Source: Candidatus Saccharimonadota bacterium (GTDB taxonomy: Bacteria; Patescibacteriota; Saccharimonadia; Saccharimonadales; UBA4665). From it: a stretch of 32,000 nucleotides of DNA. Of the stretch, positions 9,674 through 20,172 are shown piece after piece. Below the pieces are notes generated by a model. That model did not search any database and had not been told where the DNA came from. It was given only the letters and a program-made list of their open reading frames with translations. How positions within the stretch are numbered: the first letter of the stretch is position 1; each line of letters starts with the position of its first letter. The stretch is from contig CP064992.1 in NCBI GenBank assembly GCA_016699935.1, positions 1,110,001 to 1,142,000 of the forward strand, read 5' to 3'. Both the position numbers and the translations under genes were made by a program.

Positions 9674-10481
9674 TCATAGCTTGACCTCTATAATACCATG
9701 CCGATTATAGCGTTTATCACTTGGTGGCGGCGACATATATTCTCCGTAAAGTTTGCTTAGATATTCATGAGATTGCTTAAACCCCTTTATTTTTATATCT
9801 TCAAAATCAAAATCCTTGAGTTCATTAGCCCAAGCAGATGGCATTAAATCTTTTATGTAACCGTACGTACTATAAAATGCTATCCTATTGCTTGTGTCTT
9901 TACTGTTATATCTACGCATTTCATGATCTAGGATCTTCACAATATTTTTAACATCAAACCAGCGAAACAAGATAGCGACCAACTTATAGACTGAGTTTTG
10001 AAATTTCCCATTTGGTCTATATAGCAATTTTGCTAGGAGTAACCGTTTCAAGAAGTATACTTTGTAATATTGTATTTTACGGGAAATGGGATTATCGGAT
10101 ACATTGTCAAATGGAAAAACATCAATAAATACCCCATCATATTTTAGTTGTACGTTTTGTGAATTTTTCTATATATTTCGTGCAAAGCTTTAACTTTTGC
10201 AATTCCTAGACCGTATGCGAAATCGTTCTGCCAATCCTGTAGCGCAAGGCCGCTTGGCAAGCAACCCTGCCTACAGCTGCTCACGAATTTGTCATAATTA
10301 GCTCTGGTCATACCTATATCTAGGTCATCGTCCCATGGGATGAAGCCTTTATGGCGAACTGCACCTAACAGAGTACCCGAAATCACAAAATACTCGATGC
10401 CATTTTTTTCCATGATTAAATCAATTTTTTTAGTATGTTTAGCTGTACAAGTTGAACTTTTCTTAATGTTTTCTTATTCAT
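9674..10481 (-). pseudogene. LicD-family phosphotransferase, frame-disrupted as sequenced
   Basis: The reconstructed protein of about 269 aa reads [66 protein letters not shown] ... YDGVFIDVFPFDN ..., which carries the LicD hallmark motifs. The frame changes lie in the T7 run at 10425-10431 and the T4 run at 10155-10158. Confidence 0.85.
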
Positions 10482-10490
10482 ATACTGTCG

Positions 10491-11942
10491 CTAATCTTTT
10501 AAAAATCTGAACTGTCTGATGAATATTGCGTAGACTAACGAAAGTACCAAGACAATACTAGTTGATACGATTGATTTTACTAGGAAATCACGTACAGGGC
10601 TGCCGTAACTTGCGATTGTGATTATTCTTAATAAGGCTATTGATGCTAGGCTGATGGCAACCCAGCTTACAGTGCTTAGCAAAAAAATACGCATAAAATG
10701 AAAATTTCTCAGTTTTAATAATGTAATGAAAACACTTGATAACTCAGCAATAACTACCGCATAAAATATGCCCTTTAACCCAAATATTTTCAGAAATATT
10801 AAGCTACATACAATAGTAATTAAGACTCTAATGTACGTTGAGAATGTAAGTACATTGTCGAGCGATGAAGGGATCAGGTGCATGTTATTTATTATCAGAG
10901 TAAACACTCTCGGGAAAAGACACCAACTCGCAGCGGCTAGTAGACCCGCAACTTGACTAAATTGGGGTCCGTAAAAAAAACTTGTGAAATCTTTTGAAAC
11001 AGTAGTCATCGTAACAGTCACTATGCTACATACTATAGTCGTAATGGCGGTGGCGGCAATAATATACTTACTACTAATCCATCCATTTTTAGCATTTATT
11101 GCGTGATGTGATAGGCGTGGAGTAACGGACTTGATACCCATCATTGCCATACTGTAAAACATATTCAATATCTTTGTGGATTGGTCCATTACCCCCGCAC
11201 CTGCCGACCCGTACTGAGACATATAAACTATTATATTTTGTAATGGATAGATAGTTCCACCCCCAACACTAGATAGCATCATTTTAAATGTGGGTTTAAA
11301 GTACTTAGCTGAATCCATAATACCAGCTCGTGTAAATGTTACATATTTATTAATTGAAAATACTGCACTTAAGTTCCCAACAACAATCCCAACTATGTTT
11401 AAAATGATATATGTGTTTAGTTGCGAGGGGTGTTTTATGAATACGAATATTGCAATAATGATGATTATCTTACTAATTATATTACGGCTGACTGCTTTAC
11501 GCATGTTTTCGACGCCCATAAACAACCATGACAAATCGAATATTACACTCAATATAAGACCGCCTTGCAGCATGTACGTAGATAAATTTTCTGGATGTAT
11601 TTGTAAGAGTATTATTTCATAAATACAAAATATTGTAATTGATGCTACAGTTTGAATGACCCACAGGGAATAGAAATTTCTAGAACGATTCTCTCTGTTT
11701 TCGGAAGTTGCTATTAAACGAGGACCAAACTGTTCAACCCCAAAACTTGCAACAATTGTAAGAAATGCACAAATTGAGTAGCTGACAGCGAATACACCCA
11801 TTTGTTCGGCGCTAAATATTCTTGTAATGTATGGTGTAGTGATTATCGCAGAAGCGATCATCAGGAACTGCGTCCCGCTCCCAATCAGCCCGTTTCTTAT
11901 TGCGCGATATTTCCCAGAGTAGGTACTATCTAGATTTTTCAT
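10491..11942 (-). CDS. Wzx-type polysaccharide flippase (MOP superfamily, Polysacc_synt-like)
   Basis: Intact 483-aa ORF that is hydrophobic throughout (about 12-14 TM segments). The N-terminal pattern ...AIRNGLIGSGTQFLMIASAIITTPYITRIFSAEQMGVFA... is typical of O-antigen/teichoic-acid flippases. It lies within the polysaccharide operon. Confidence 0.85.
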   Translation of the reverse strand: MKNLDSTYSGKYRAIRNGLIGSGTQFLMIASAIITTPYITRIFSAEQMGVFAVSYSICAFLTIVASFGVEQFGPRLIATSENRENRSRNFYSLWVIQTVASITIFCIYEIILLQIHPENLSTYMLQGGLILSVIFDLSWLFMGVENMRKAVSRNIISKIIIIIAIFVFIKHPSQLNTYIILNIVGIVVGNLSAVFSINKYVTFTRAGIMDSAKYFKPTFKMMLSSVGGGTIYPLQNIIVYMSQYGSAGAGVMDQSTKILNMFYSMAMMGIKSVTPRLSHHAINAKNGWISSKYIIAATAITTIVCSIVTVTMTTVSKDFTSFFYGPQFSQVAGLLAAASWCLFPRVFTLIINNMHLIPSSLDNVLTFSTYIRVLITIVCSLIFLKIFGLKGIFYAVVIAELSSVFITLLKLRNFHFMRIFLLSTVSWVAISLASIALLRIITIASYGSPVRDFLVKSIVSTSIVLVLSLVYAIFIRQFRFLKD

Positions 11943-12656
11943 TTAAAATGCGTATCATATATTTGATTATATTTGTCCAAATTATAAACAGCTTTACAAT
12001 ACTATGACCTGTTTACGTGATCAAAATATTAACAAGTACTGCACATTATTTTCATAGAGAAGTATACCATGTGCTGATCGCAATCATTAATAATTACCCT
12101 TCATTTAAAACCAACTTAAATAGTTGTAGATAACCAGCGTATCCATACCTGCCGTTTCAACTGAATGAATGATGATGTTTTTCAAATCAAATTCAGCTTT
12201 TTATTTTTAAATTCGTACCTATTCTTTTGAAATATATATGATTTGCAGTTACTGAAAAGGTTTTCACGAATGCTATTTTATTATACGACTTGTAAGCTTA
12301 AACTAGCCTGTGGTTGCAAATGATCAGAAACATCAAATTACACGACAGCCAGTTATTTTATTGTTTTTGCACTCTTATGTTTATAATCATTGTTGTGTTT
12401 TTTTATAAATAAACATTTTATTTCAATTAATATACTATATACAAAAGTTGGCGGTTGTGTACATACCTAGAAAGTGCTTTTGTACTTTCTATTTTATTTA
12501 TATTTGCCACAAGCGCTCCCATTTCAACACTCTTTAACTTTTTATTCATTCCTACGTCTATCATAAAGTCATAATATCTATGCTGATAGGTGCGCATGAT
12601 TCCATACGATACTGCGATAAGGGTATAGTGCTAGCATTCATTTTACAGCAACCGTA
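11943..12656 (-). other. 714-bp very AT-rich stretch without any ORF of 60 aa or more; possible decayed gene remnant
   Basis: No track ORF on either strand. Minus-strand fragments look protein-like (YTLIAVSYGIMRTYQHRYYDFMIDVGMNKKLKSVEMGALVANINKIESTK, EFDLKNIIIHSVETAGMDTLVIYNYLSWF). The last fragment ends in TGA overlapping the flippase ATG (ATGA). Confidence 0.3.
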
Positions 12657-13795
12657 TTATATCTTTTTGAATGTATAAATATCTGTATTGAAAATGTTCG
12701 TGTAGGGAGGTAGGATACCGCAGCTGTTTGTGCATTGTATTCCTGATTGGCTTATTAAATCTTGTCCGTTCTTGATCAAGTATAGACCTGTGATAATAAT
12801 AAACATTATGTATAATGCTGCTCTTATTTTTATGCGAGTTACATTTACATACAATGACATGAACAATGGGAGTACAAGTATTATGTAGTAGTAGCCATAA
12901 AGAGATATTCGCGATGCGATTAAGTCACTTGATGAAAGTGCGATGAAAAATATCATACCAAGTATAAAAGCCCGTATATAGTACCTTTCTTTCTCGCTTG
13001 TCTTACGAGAGTTATATACCGCAAGTCCTAGAAATAAAAATATAATTCTAGGTAAAATTTTTATTATATATGCTATTCCGCTTGAACCATCTGCAACGTA
13101 AGGGTTTAACCTATCTATAAATGTAGGGCTAATATAACCCAATAAGTTCTGAAGAGGTAACATTGATAACAGAGCAGCTATTAAAGAAAATAAAACAAGT
13201 TTCTGAAAAGAAATATTTATTCTTGAAAACATGTACATAATAAGCAAAATTACTGCCGATAAGTGTATAAAACTTAAAACTACAGCCAGAGGAATATATT
13301 TTTGTGCTTTGTTTTTCCATCTTATAAAAAAATACATTCCTACAGTCATAACTAGAGCCTGTCTGTAGCCACTAAATGACCAAGTCAAATAGAAAAAGCA
13401 GTAATAGACAAACATGGATAAGGTTGGTCGTCTCGAGTAGTCACGGCACAAACGGTAGATAAAAAATAGCGTTACGGCTGCTACGGAAGCTACGAATACT
13501 TGGTATGATAGACCAAAAGATTTAAATACGCTACTAATTAGCACATAGGCAATATCGCGATCTGAACCGGCTATTAGCTGCTCAGAAACTGAATTTTTCG
13601 CTTGGTCATATAAATAGTTGTACGCGAAGTAGTCAGCACCCACTCCATATCTAAACACACAGAGCGAAAGAAGTGACAGAGTAAAATAATAAGCGCTATG
13701 CGCTGTTTATTCCAGGCACATAGTATAATCCCGAAAATAAATGTAAATAGGTACATGAGGTTAGGTGAACTTTGTATTTTAATAATAATTATCAT
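12657..13795 (-). CDS. EpsG-family polysaccharide polymerase (Wzy-like), with one frame change near the N-terminus
   Basis: The 333-aa ORF contains FRYGVGADYFAYNYLY (EpsG signature R..vG.D...Y) followed by about 9 TM segments. The N-terminal TM segment (MYLFTFIFGIILCAWNK...) is in another frame, with the break at about 13676-13706. GAGGG lies upstream of ATG 13795. Confidence 0.75.
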
Positions 13796-13994
13796 AAGCC
13801 CTCACTTATCAATATGATAATTACCACATTTGATTGCGCCATGTATACGACAAAAGTAACCCGTACTAATGGTGTAAGTATTCTGAGCTGTTTAAACAGT
13901 AGGTTAGTTGATAGCTTTATAGTAGCCTTAAATGCGGTCACACAATACTCCATTATTAAAAGTAATTTAATATCTGGATTAGCTTACTCCAACC

Positions 13995-14985
13995 CTATTC
14001 ATTGGATATCTTCACCATTATTGCTGCAGTAATTTGGCTGAGATCGCTTATATCAATTAGCTCTAAGTTACTGTAGTTAATAAGTATTTCTCTTGAATAT
14101 TGTTTATCTGGAGCAATAACCGGGCAACCTATTTTTCTTGCTTCTGCAAGTGGCAAACCGTAAGATTCGAGTCCTGAGACATACAGAAGGGTTGATTTTT
14201 CGTAGTAATCAAATAGTTCAAGCTGGGATAGGGGCCGAAAAATAACCGGAAGCCGATTTCTTTCTACTTCGTTTTTATCGAGGATGCAAGTTTATTTTCG
14301 GAACCTTTAAATGTAAACAGTACATCAAAATGCGGGTACTTGATTGGGTTAATCTGTTTTAGGGCTTCTACAATCAATGCATGGTTTTTGTACGGTGCTG
14401 CAATTGCCGGGTACACAAAAATGATATTTACCCTTACTCCCTTTGTAGTGCCTTGACCTAATACTAGTAGGTAGTGCGGGTGGCTCAATCCGAACCTTGT
14501 TTCTTGGTAGACCTATCTTATTTACGATTTCATTAGCCATCCAGGTAGTCTGAACATGTACAACGTTAGCCTTTCTGATTGAATAGTGAATAATATGTGC
14601 GATTATATTTTGGTAAACCCACAGCTTTGGATAACGCAGGCCATATTTATCTTCTTTGAATATAAGTGCTTGGTGCACATATATCTCTTGGGGGCATTTT
14701 AAAAAAGGTACGATCACATTTTGGAGAGATAGTATTTTATCTATTTGAAAACCTTAACAATCTTGTGTGCTAAGAATAAATCAAAATACAACCTATGAAA
14801 CCATGACTTTTTACCCAGGGATACTTCACTACCTTAATATTGCTAGTTGCCTGCAAGTCAATTTTACTAACTATAAATACCCACGTATGTTGTTCGTCAT
14901 TTTTCGCTTTATCATAGAAACTGTGCAATATAGACAAAGCCCCGCTGCTTTCTGCCGCCACATCAAAAACAGCTACATTAGACAC
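13995..14985 (-). pseudogene. GT1/GT4-family glycosyltransferase, heavily frame-disrupted as sequenced
   Basis: The pieces join to MSNVAVFDVAAESSGALSILHSFY...KYPWVK / KSWFHRLYFDLFL / VIVPFLKCPQEIYVHQAL...VHVQTTWMANEIV / PHYLLVLGQG...IFVYPAIAAPYKNHALIVEAL / VERNRLPVIFRPLSQLELFDYYEKSTLLYVSGLESYGLPLAEARKIGCPVIAPD. The last piece is the E-x7-E-type C-terminal motif region. There are at least 4 frame changes. Confidence 0.75.
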
Positions 14986-15282
14986 GAGATTGTCTTCTCC
15001 AAGTTGTACGGTTAACGATATCTGTGTAGCTCTGGATGATTTTGCAGACTTTTATGGACACATCTGTGTCTCCGTAGTCGGCGGGTAGAATAAATTCTTC
15101 CTTGTTGTCACGCATAGAAATAGCCGACGTTAGCGCTTGCTCGATTGGCTGCTCGGCAATGCCACCTACAACAAGCGTACCCGCATCGAGCACCTCGGGG
15201 CGCTCTGTACTTGTCTGTATGAGTACGCCAGCAAATCCAAACATGGCACTTTCTTCACCAGCGTTCCGCTGTCACAATCATT
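14978..15282 (-). pseudogene. C-terminal remnant (about 100 aa) of a FnlC/CapG-type UDP-GlcNAc 2-epimerase
   Basis: DSGTLV/EESAMFGFAGVLIQTSTERPEVLDAGTLVVGGIAEQPIEQALTSAI...YGDTDVSIKVCKII matches the DSG..EE...P.v.iR..TERPE...G C-terminal region of Epimerase_2 proteins. About 275 N-terminal residues are absent. Confidence 0.7.
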
Positions 15283-15598
15283 ATCTGTTCCGTTGACATT
15301 GGTTTGTACTGTTTCAAGCGGGAAAATTCACATGATGGCTCTTGTTTTAATGCAGCTTCATGAAACACATAGTCGGCGCCGCGCATTGCTGCTCGTACGC
15401 TATCTACGTTGCGAACGTCGCCAATGTAAAAATTGATTTTACTAATAGCATACTTCTTTCGCATATCATCTTGCTTTTTTCATCTCTGGAAATAATCCTG
15501 ATTTCTTTAACTTCAGTATTTAGAAACTGAGCGAGTACTGTCATCCCAAACAAGCAAGTTCCGCTGCTAAGTAATATCACTTTGTTATTATTATTCAT
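15283..15598 (-). pseudogene. N-terminal remnant (about 105 aa) of a FnlA/CapE/WbjB-type UDP-GlcNAc 4,6-dehydratase/5-epimerase
   Basis: MNNNNKVILLSSGTCLFGMTVLAQFLNTEVKEIRIISRDEKKQDDMRKKYAISKINFYIGDVRNVDSV...YVFHEAALKQEPSCEFFPLETVQTNVNGTDN is collinear with the FnlA N-terminus (ITGGTGSFG...KEIRIFSRDEKKQDDMRKKY...FYIGDVR...HAAALKQVPSCEF...TNV.GT.N). The glycine-rich NAD motif is degenerated to SSGTCLFG. There are 2 frame changes, and the sequence ends abruptly at the junction with the epimerase remnant. Confidence 0.8.
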
Positions 15599-16787
15599 AG
15601 ACTGTCCTTGCTGAGGCTCTTGATAACATCAATATATTTTGTAACACATTTATCAAGTGTATACTTGTCTATAAACAATTTTTCAGCACCTTTACCCATC
15701 GTTGTGAGTTGGGTTTGATTATTATATATACTCAGGAGCTGCTTATTGAGCTCATTCGTATTTGAAATAACTATACCTGCATTATATTTTATGATATCTT
15801 TGGCAACCTCCATAGAGTCTGGCCCAATAAATAGTACGGGTATACCTAGTGAAATGTATGAACAAAATTTACTCGGCGACGCTAGACCAGCTATTTTGCT
15901 ACTTACAGATACTATTGCCATGTCTGCTCTTGATATAAATTTATCGTATATTGATTGATCCATAAAACCTGCGTCGTGAACATTATGTATTTGCTTATGT
16001 TCGATTTCCGCGAAGAACATATCTTTACATTTGCCATACGCAGCGAACTCAAATTTGAATGCTGAATTATTTTTGACAGCTGCAATATACTTTGCTAGTT
16101 TCAACACATCTTGCGCTAATCCCAAATTGCCCCCGTAAACTATCCGTAGCTGTTTCTTGCTCCTTTTACTGACATGCCGCGTGTTAGATTTTGCATACCA
16201 GTTAGGAATTATGGCAAGTTTTTCGCGATAGCCTTTTTGTTTACGAAATGGTCGTACATATCATTTGATAGAACGATAATTTTCGAACACCTTTTATAAA
16301 CAAAATGCGCAACATAATCGTATGCCTTACCAGCTAATGAGCCTTGGCGACTATAACCGAGCGCGTATGCCATATCTGGATATAAATCGTGCACGATATA
16401 GAGAAGTTCATATCCGTACTTTTTTTCTTAGGATAGCCGGTATGATGGGATTTGTAGGTGGAGAAGAGTAGACGATGACGATGTCACTATCCTTTAATAG
16501 ATCGCGCTTACGGTAGGTCTCTTTAAGAAAAGAGAGCATGTGCAACAGCCTAGTGACTCTTTTTGGGTCATAGTCTTTGTAGTCAATGTATCTCAAATCG
16601 AAGTTACCAAACTTTGTATCGGAATGTGATGCGATGTGATTTTGATATTCGGCCTGAGGCAATAACACGCACGGTAAAGTCCGCGTTGCTGCAGCTCAGC
16701 GGCTAATTCGTTCGGTATTAGCCCGCGATTGTCCGGATAAAAATACTGACAAAGGAAAGTTATTTTAATAGGTTTGCTAGTTTTTCA
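15595..16787 (-). pseudogene. WbuB-like GT4 glycosyltransferase, heavily frame-disrupted as sequenced
   Basis: The pieces join to ...KITFLCQYFYPDNRGLIPNELAAELQQRG / TVRV / LLPQAEYQNH...IVIVYSSPPTNPIIPAILRKK / YGYELLYIVHDLYPDMAYALGY...IIVLSNDM / ...IVYGGNLGLAQDVLKLAKYI...ASPSKFCSYISLGIPVLFIGPDSMEVAKDI. There are about 6 frame changes. The stop overlaps the fnlA remnant start (ATGA at 15595-15598). Confidence 0.75.
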
Positions 16788-16792
16788 TTGTG

Positions 16793-17638
16793 CTTATGAA
16801 AGATATTCGACGGTATGTATCTGATAGGAGTTATCTTTATAACCTGATGCAGATTGTGCGTAGGCATGAGTGCCGAATAGCTTATTAACTGCTGAGATAG
16901 GGTGCAACAGTTTGATAACCGGGTTGAATAATGAGGTTATTGTAACTTTTTATTATCTCTATATCTAATCTTAGCCATGATGCTACTAGGTTCAATTGTT
17001 CTTTGTCTTGCGGAAGTGGTAGGTGCCGCCATCTTCATTTTGGATGAGCTGGCATATGAACTCACAAAGATTAGATATGTGCAACACTGACCTACGGTTT
17101 TCAATTTTGGAATGACTCGAGCATACTTAGCAAGCTTAATGAGTTTAATGAAATTCCTTTGCTCCTTCACCATAGATGTTAGGCAGTCGCATAATTGATA
17201 CTTAAAAATCTCCACCTGCTAAACTGCGTAAACCTATCTCCGCTTGGACCTTACTGTCACCGTAGAAATTACTTGGAGACGGCAGTGTATTTTCGGTGAT
17301 TTCACATGATGTATTTGCCGGAGAACTTTGTCCATATATGATGGCACTACTTGGAAAGATAAATTGCTTTACCCCATCTTTTTTTGCTTTGCTTTCTATC
17401 ATTATTGCAAGATCAGTATTTATAGCTCTGTATAACTCTTTGCTTTGAGCTAGGATTTGCATGAGCTATCCCTGCTAAGTGGAGTACGACGTCGTATTGT
17501 TTAAATGATTTACTTTTCCATTCATCGCCGTAGACTGAAATAGTATCTATGTTGAATCGACCTTTCGCGTATGCCGCAAATCGGGTACCTATATAGCTAT
17601 TTTCACCAGTGATAAGTACACGTTTTTCTATCTGCCAT
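16793..17638 (-). pseudogene. NAD-dependent epimerase/dehydratase (Cap5N/WbjF-like), heavily frame-disrupted as sequenced
   Basis: ATG 17638 is preceded by GAGGAGGTGA. The pieces join to MADRK/RVLITGENSYIGTRF...VVLHLAGIAH / ...KQFIFPSSAIIYGQ...SPSNFYGDSKVQAE (YxxxK) / FKVSIMRLPNIYGEGAKGNFIKLIKLAK / NRRSVLHISNLCEFICQLI / ...KLFGTHAY. There are about 5-6 frame changes. Confidence 0.7.
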
Positions 17639-18268
17639 TCTTCACCTCCTCATTTATGGTAGTAGACTGGCCTTCAACTACACCCTGTTTTGATGCCACG
17701 GCTTTCAATGTCAAAAATATGCATTTTACAGTCCATCGCTAGGCTGATTTGTTTTACATAGTCACCATCGAAACGGGCTTTTATGGGGATAGGTAGTTCG
17801 TTTTTTCCCGTTTGCTGTGCCCAGCCGGTGAGACCTGGAAGTACATCATTTGCTTTGTATTTATCTCGCTCTTTTATCAGATCGTACTGGTTATACAGTG
17901 CTGGTCGAGGACCAACTAAGCTCATATCGCCTTTCAATATATTGAAAAGTTGCGGTAGCTCGTCTAGGCTAGTTTTGCGTAAGATACGGCCGGTTCGTGT
18001 TATGTACTTATCGGCGTTTTTGAGAGTATGGGTGGCTGCATCTGGCGGTGTCTCTGTCCGCATGGTGCGAAAAAAATTATAAAGTGCTTTTGCCGCGGCC
18101 AACTCGCTTTTGCTTAAACAGTACTGGACCTTTTGAATCTAGCTTGATAGCGATAATAGTTAGCAGTAAAAACGGCGAAAGCAATAGCAAAGATATAGCT
18201 GCAATAGCTAGGTCTCCGAATCTTTTTACAATTTCATATTTTCTACGAGTAGGCACTTGTTTCTTCAT
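17628..18268 (-). pseudogene. undecaprenyl-phosphate sugar phosphotransferase (Bac_transf family; PglC/WbaP-C/Cap5M-like), two frame changes
   Basis: MKKQVPTRRKYEIVKRFGDLAIAAISLLLLSPFLLLTIIAIKLDSKGPVLFKQKRVGRGK / ALYNFFRTMRTE...RTGRILRKTSLDELPQLFNILKGDMSLVGPRPAL...PGLTGWAQ... / IFLTLKAVASKQGVVEG. The frame changes look like one extra A each, near 18090 and 17725. The stop overlaps the next gene's start. Confidence 0.85.
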
Positions 18269-20172
18269 GGTTTCTGTACTTTAAGTTTTTTTGTAACTCG
18301 CTTGGTCTGCTTTATAGCTTTGAAAAGCTCTAGCCGCATAGTCTCAGGTGGCGCACTAGTTTCGACAACATGCCACAGCTTTCGGAGTGAGCTTTTCAGC
18401 AGGGCTTGGTTGACGGCCTGATGGCGCTTACGATAAATGAGGTTATTTTTCGTTTTGGTATGGGTTTCACTACTGAGAAAAAGCTCTTCAAACATTTTTT
18501 CACCTGGTCTTAAGCCCGTCTCTATAATATCAATGTCGACGTATGGTTCATAGCCCGCCAAACGGATGAGGTTTTCGGCTAGGTCTAGTATTTTGACGGG
18601 TTTGCCCATGTCTAGCACGAATATATCACCGTCGGCGGCATAGTAACCAGCCTGCAAAACTAGCTGAGCTGCCTCTGGTATAGTCATGAAAAATCGCTCG
18701 ATATCGCGGTGCGTCAGCGTGACAGGTCCGCCCTTTTCTATCTGTGCCTTAAAGATAGGTATGACAGAACCGTTTGAGCCCAGCACATTACCAAAACGAA
18801 CAGCAGCAAATTTGGTGCCTGTTTTGCTACCATGTGCCTGCATCATCAGTTCTGTGACCCGTTTGGTCGCTCCCATGACGTTTGTCGGGTTGACCGCTTT
18901 ATCTGTCGATATCAAAATGAAGCGTTTAACCCCATATTTTATGGCGCAATCCATCAAGTTTCTGGTACCAAATATATTATTTTTGATAGCTTCTTGCGGC
19001 CTAGCCTCCATGAGCGGTACATGTTTGTGCGCCGCAGCATGAAAAACGACGCTTGGCCGACAGCCAGCAAATATTTCATCGAGCGTTTCTTTCTCGCGAA
19101 TACTGGCGGTAATGGCGACTACTTTGATTGCTTTATACTGTTCGTCGCTTTCACACAAAAAGTTCAGCTCGCGCTCTAGTAGATACAAATCATTCTCGTT
19201 GATGTCGACCAAACACAGTTTCTGTGGGTGGAAGCGAAATATTTCACGTACCAGCTGGCTACCGATAGAGCCAGCCGCTCCTGTCACCATGACCACTTTT
19301 CCTCTGAGGTAGGAGGCCACTTCTTTTTGGTCAAGCTTGATCTGACCGCGCCCCAGTAAATCCTCGGCCGAAACATCTTTGATACGGCTGGCGACACTAC
19401 CTTCCGATTGCTCTTCACCGTAACGCATTATCTTCATTTCTAGCTTGAGATCTTTGAGCATGTTGATAGTTTTTGTTTTTGGTGCTGAGACATTTTTGAG
19501 TCAGCAAAATAGATTGTTTGGATGTTGTGGCGCTTGACCAGTTCTGGGATGTTTTCTAGTTTGCCCAGTACCGGCACACCACTCACGACGTGTTTTAAGT
19601 GATGGTTATCGACAAAACCAATCACCCTTGCATGCAGTCGAGTGTTTTTTGCAGTTCTTTGAGGAGGACATAGCCTGCTTCGCCGGCGCCAATGATAAGT
19701 GCGCGCTTGCGTGGTCCTTCATACTGAGTACTGACGACTCTTTCTCGTAGCGCACGGTAAAAAACCCTGAGGGTGATCATCCCCAAAAAGGCAAACATCC
19801 CCAGCATGGTTATAAACCCAAGACGGTGATAACTGATGGGCACAAAAGCAAAGTATAAAAGCCCAGACACGACAGACCCGAAAAGTGCGACATAGCCAAT
19901 GGTAATCATTTCGGCTATGCCCAAAAAGGTCCAGAGGCTACGATGCACTCGGTTGGCCAAGAATAAAATGGCAAAAACAGCACACGACGTCACCGCAAAC
20001 ACAGCTAGGTAAAGCATGTTTTCTTTTACGATATCCAGTGAAGCCCTTTCGTAGCTTAAACCAAAGGCTGCAACCAGCGAAGCCAGCACAATACACATAT
20101 CGCAGCAAAAAGGATGATCGACCGAAATCTAGTGTGACTCCGAATTTCTGCTAGCTTGTTTATGAGATTCAT
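18265..20172 (-). pseudogene. membrane-bound CapD/WbpM/PglF-type polysaccharide biosynthesis protein (UDP-GlcNAc 4,6-dehydratase family), three frame changes
   Basis: An N-terminal 4-TM region is followed by LIIGAGEAGYVLLKEL, then VMVTGAAGSIGSQL...FHAAAHKHVPLME...NIFGTRNL...ILISTDKAVNPTNVMGATKR...RFGNVLGSNGSVIP (Polysacc_synt_2 pattern). Frame changes lie near 20100, 19622 and 19455. The stop overlaps the transferase start (ATGA at 18265-18268). Confidence 0.85.

Noticed and set aside
13792-13953. 53-aa minus-strand ORF (MEYCVTAFKATIKLSTNLLFKQ...) whose TGA overlaps the EpsG-like ATG (ATGA)
   Set aside because: The ATGA coupling is suggestive. However there is no SD, no recognisable family, and it is below the track threshold in very AT-rich DNA. 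The evidence is too thin to report it as a gene.
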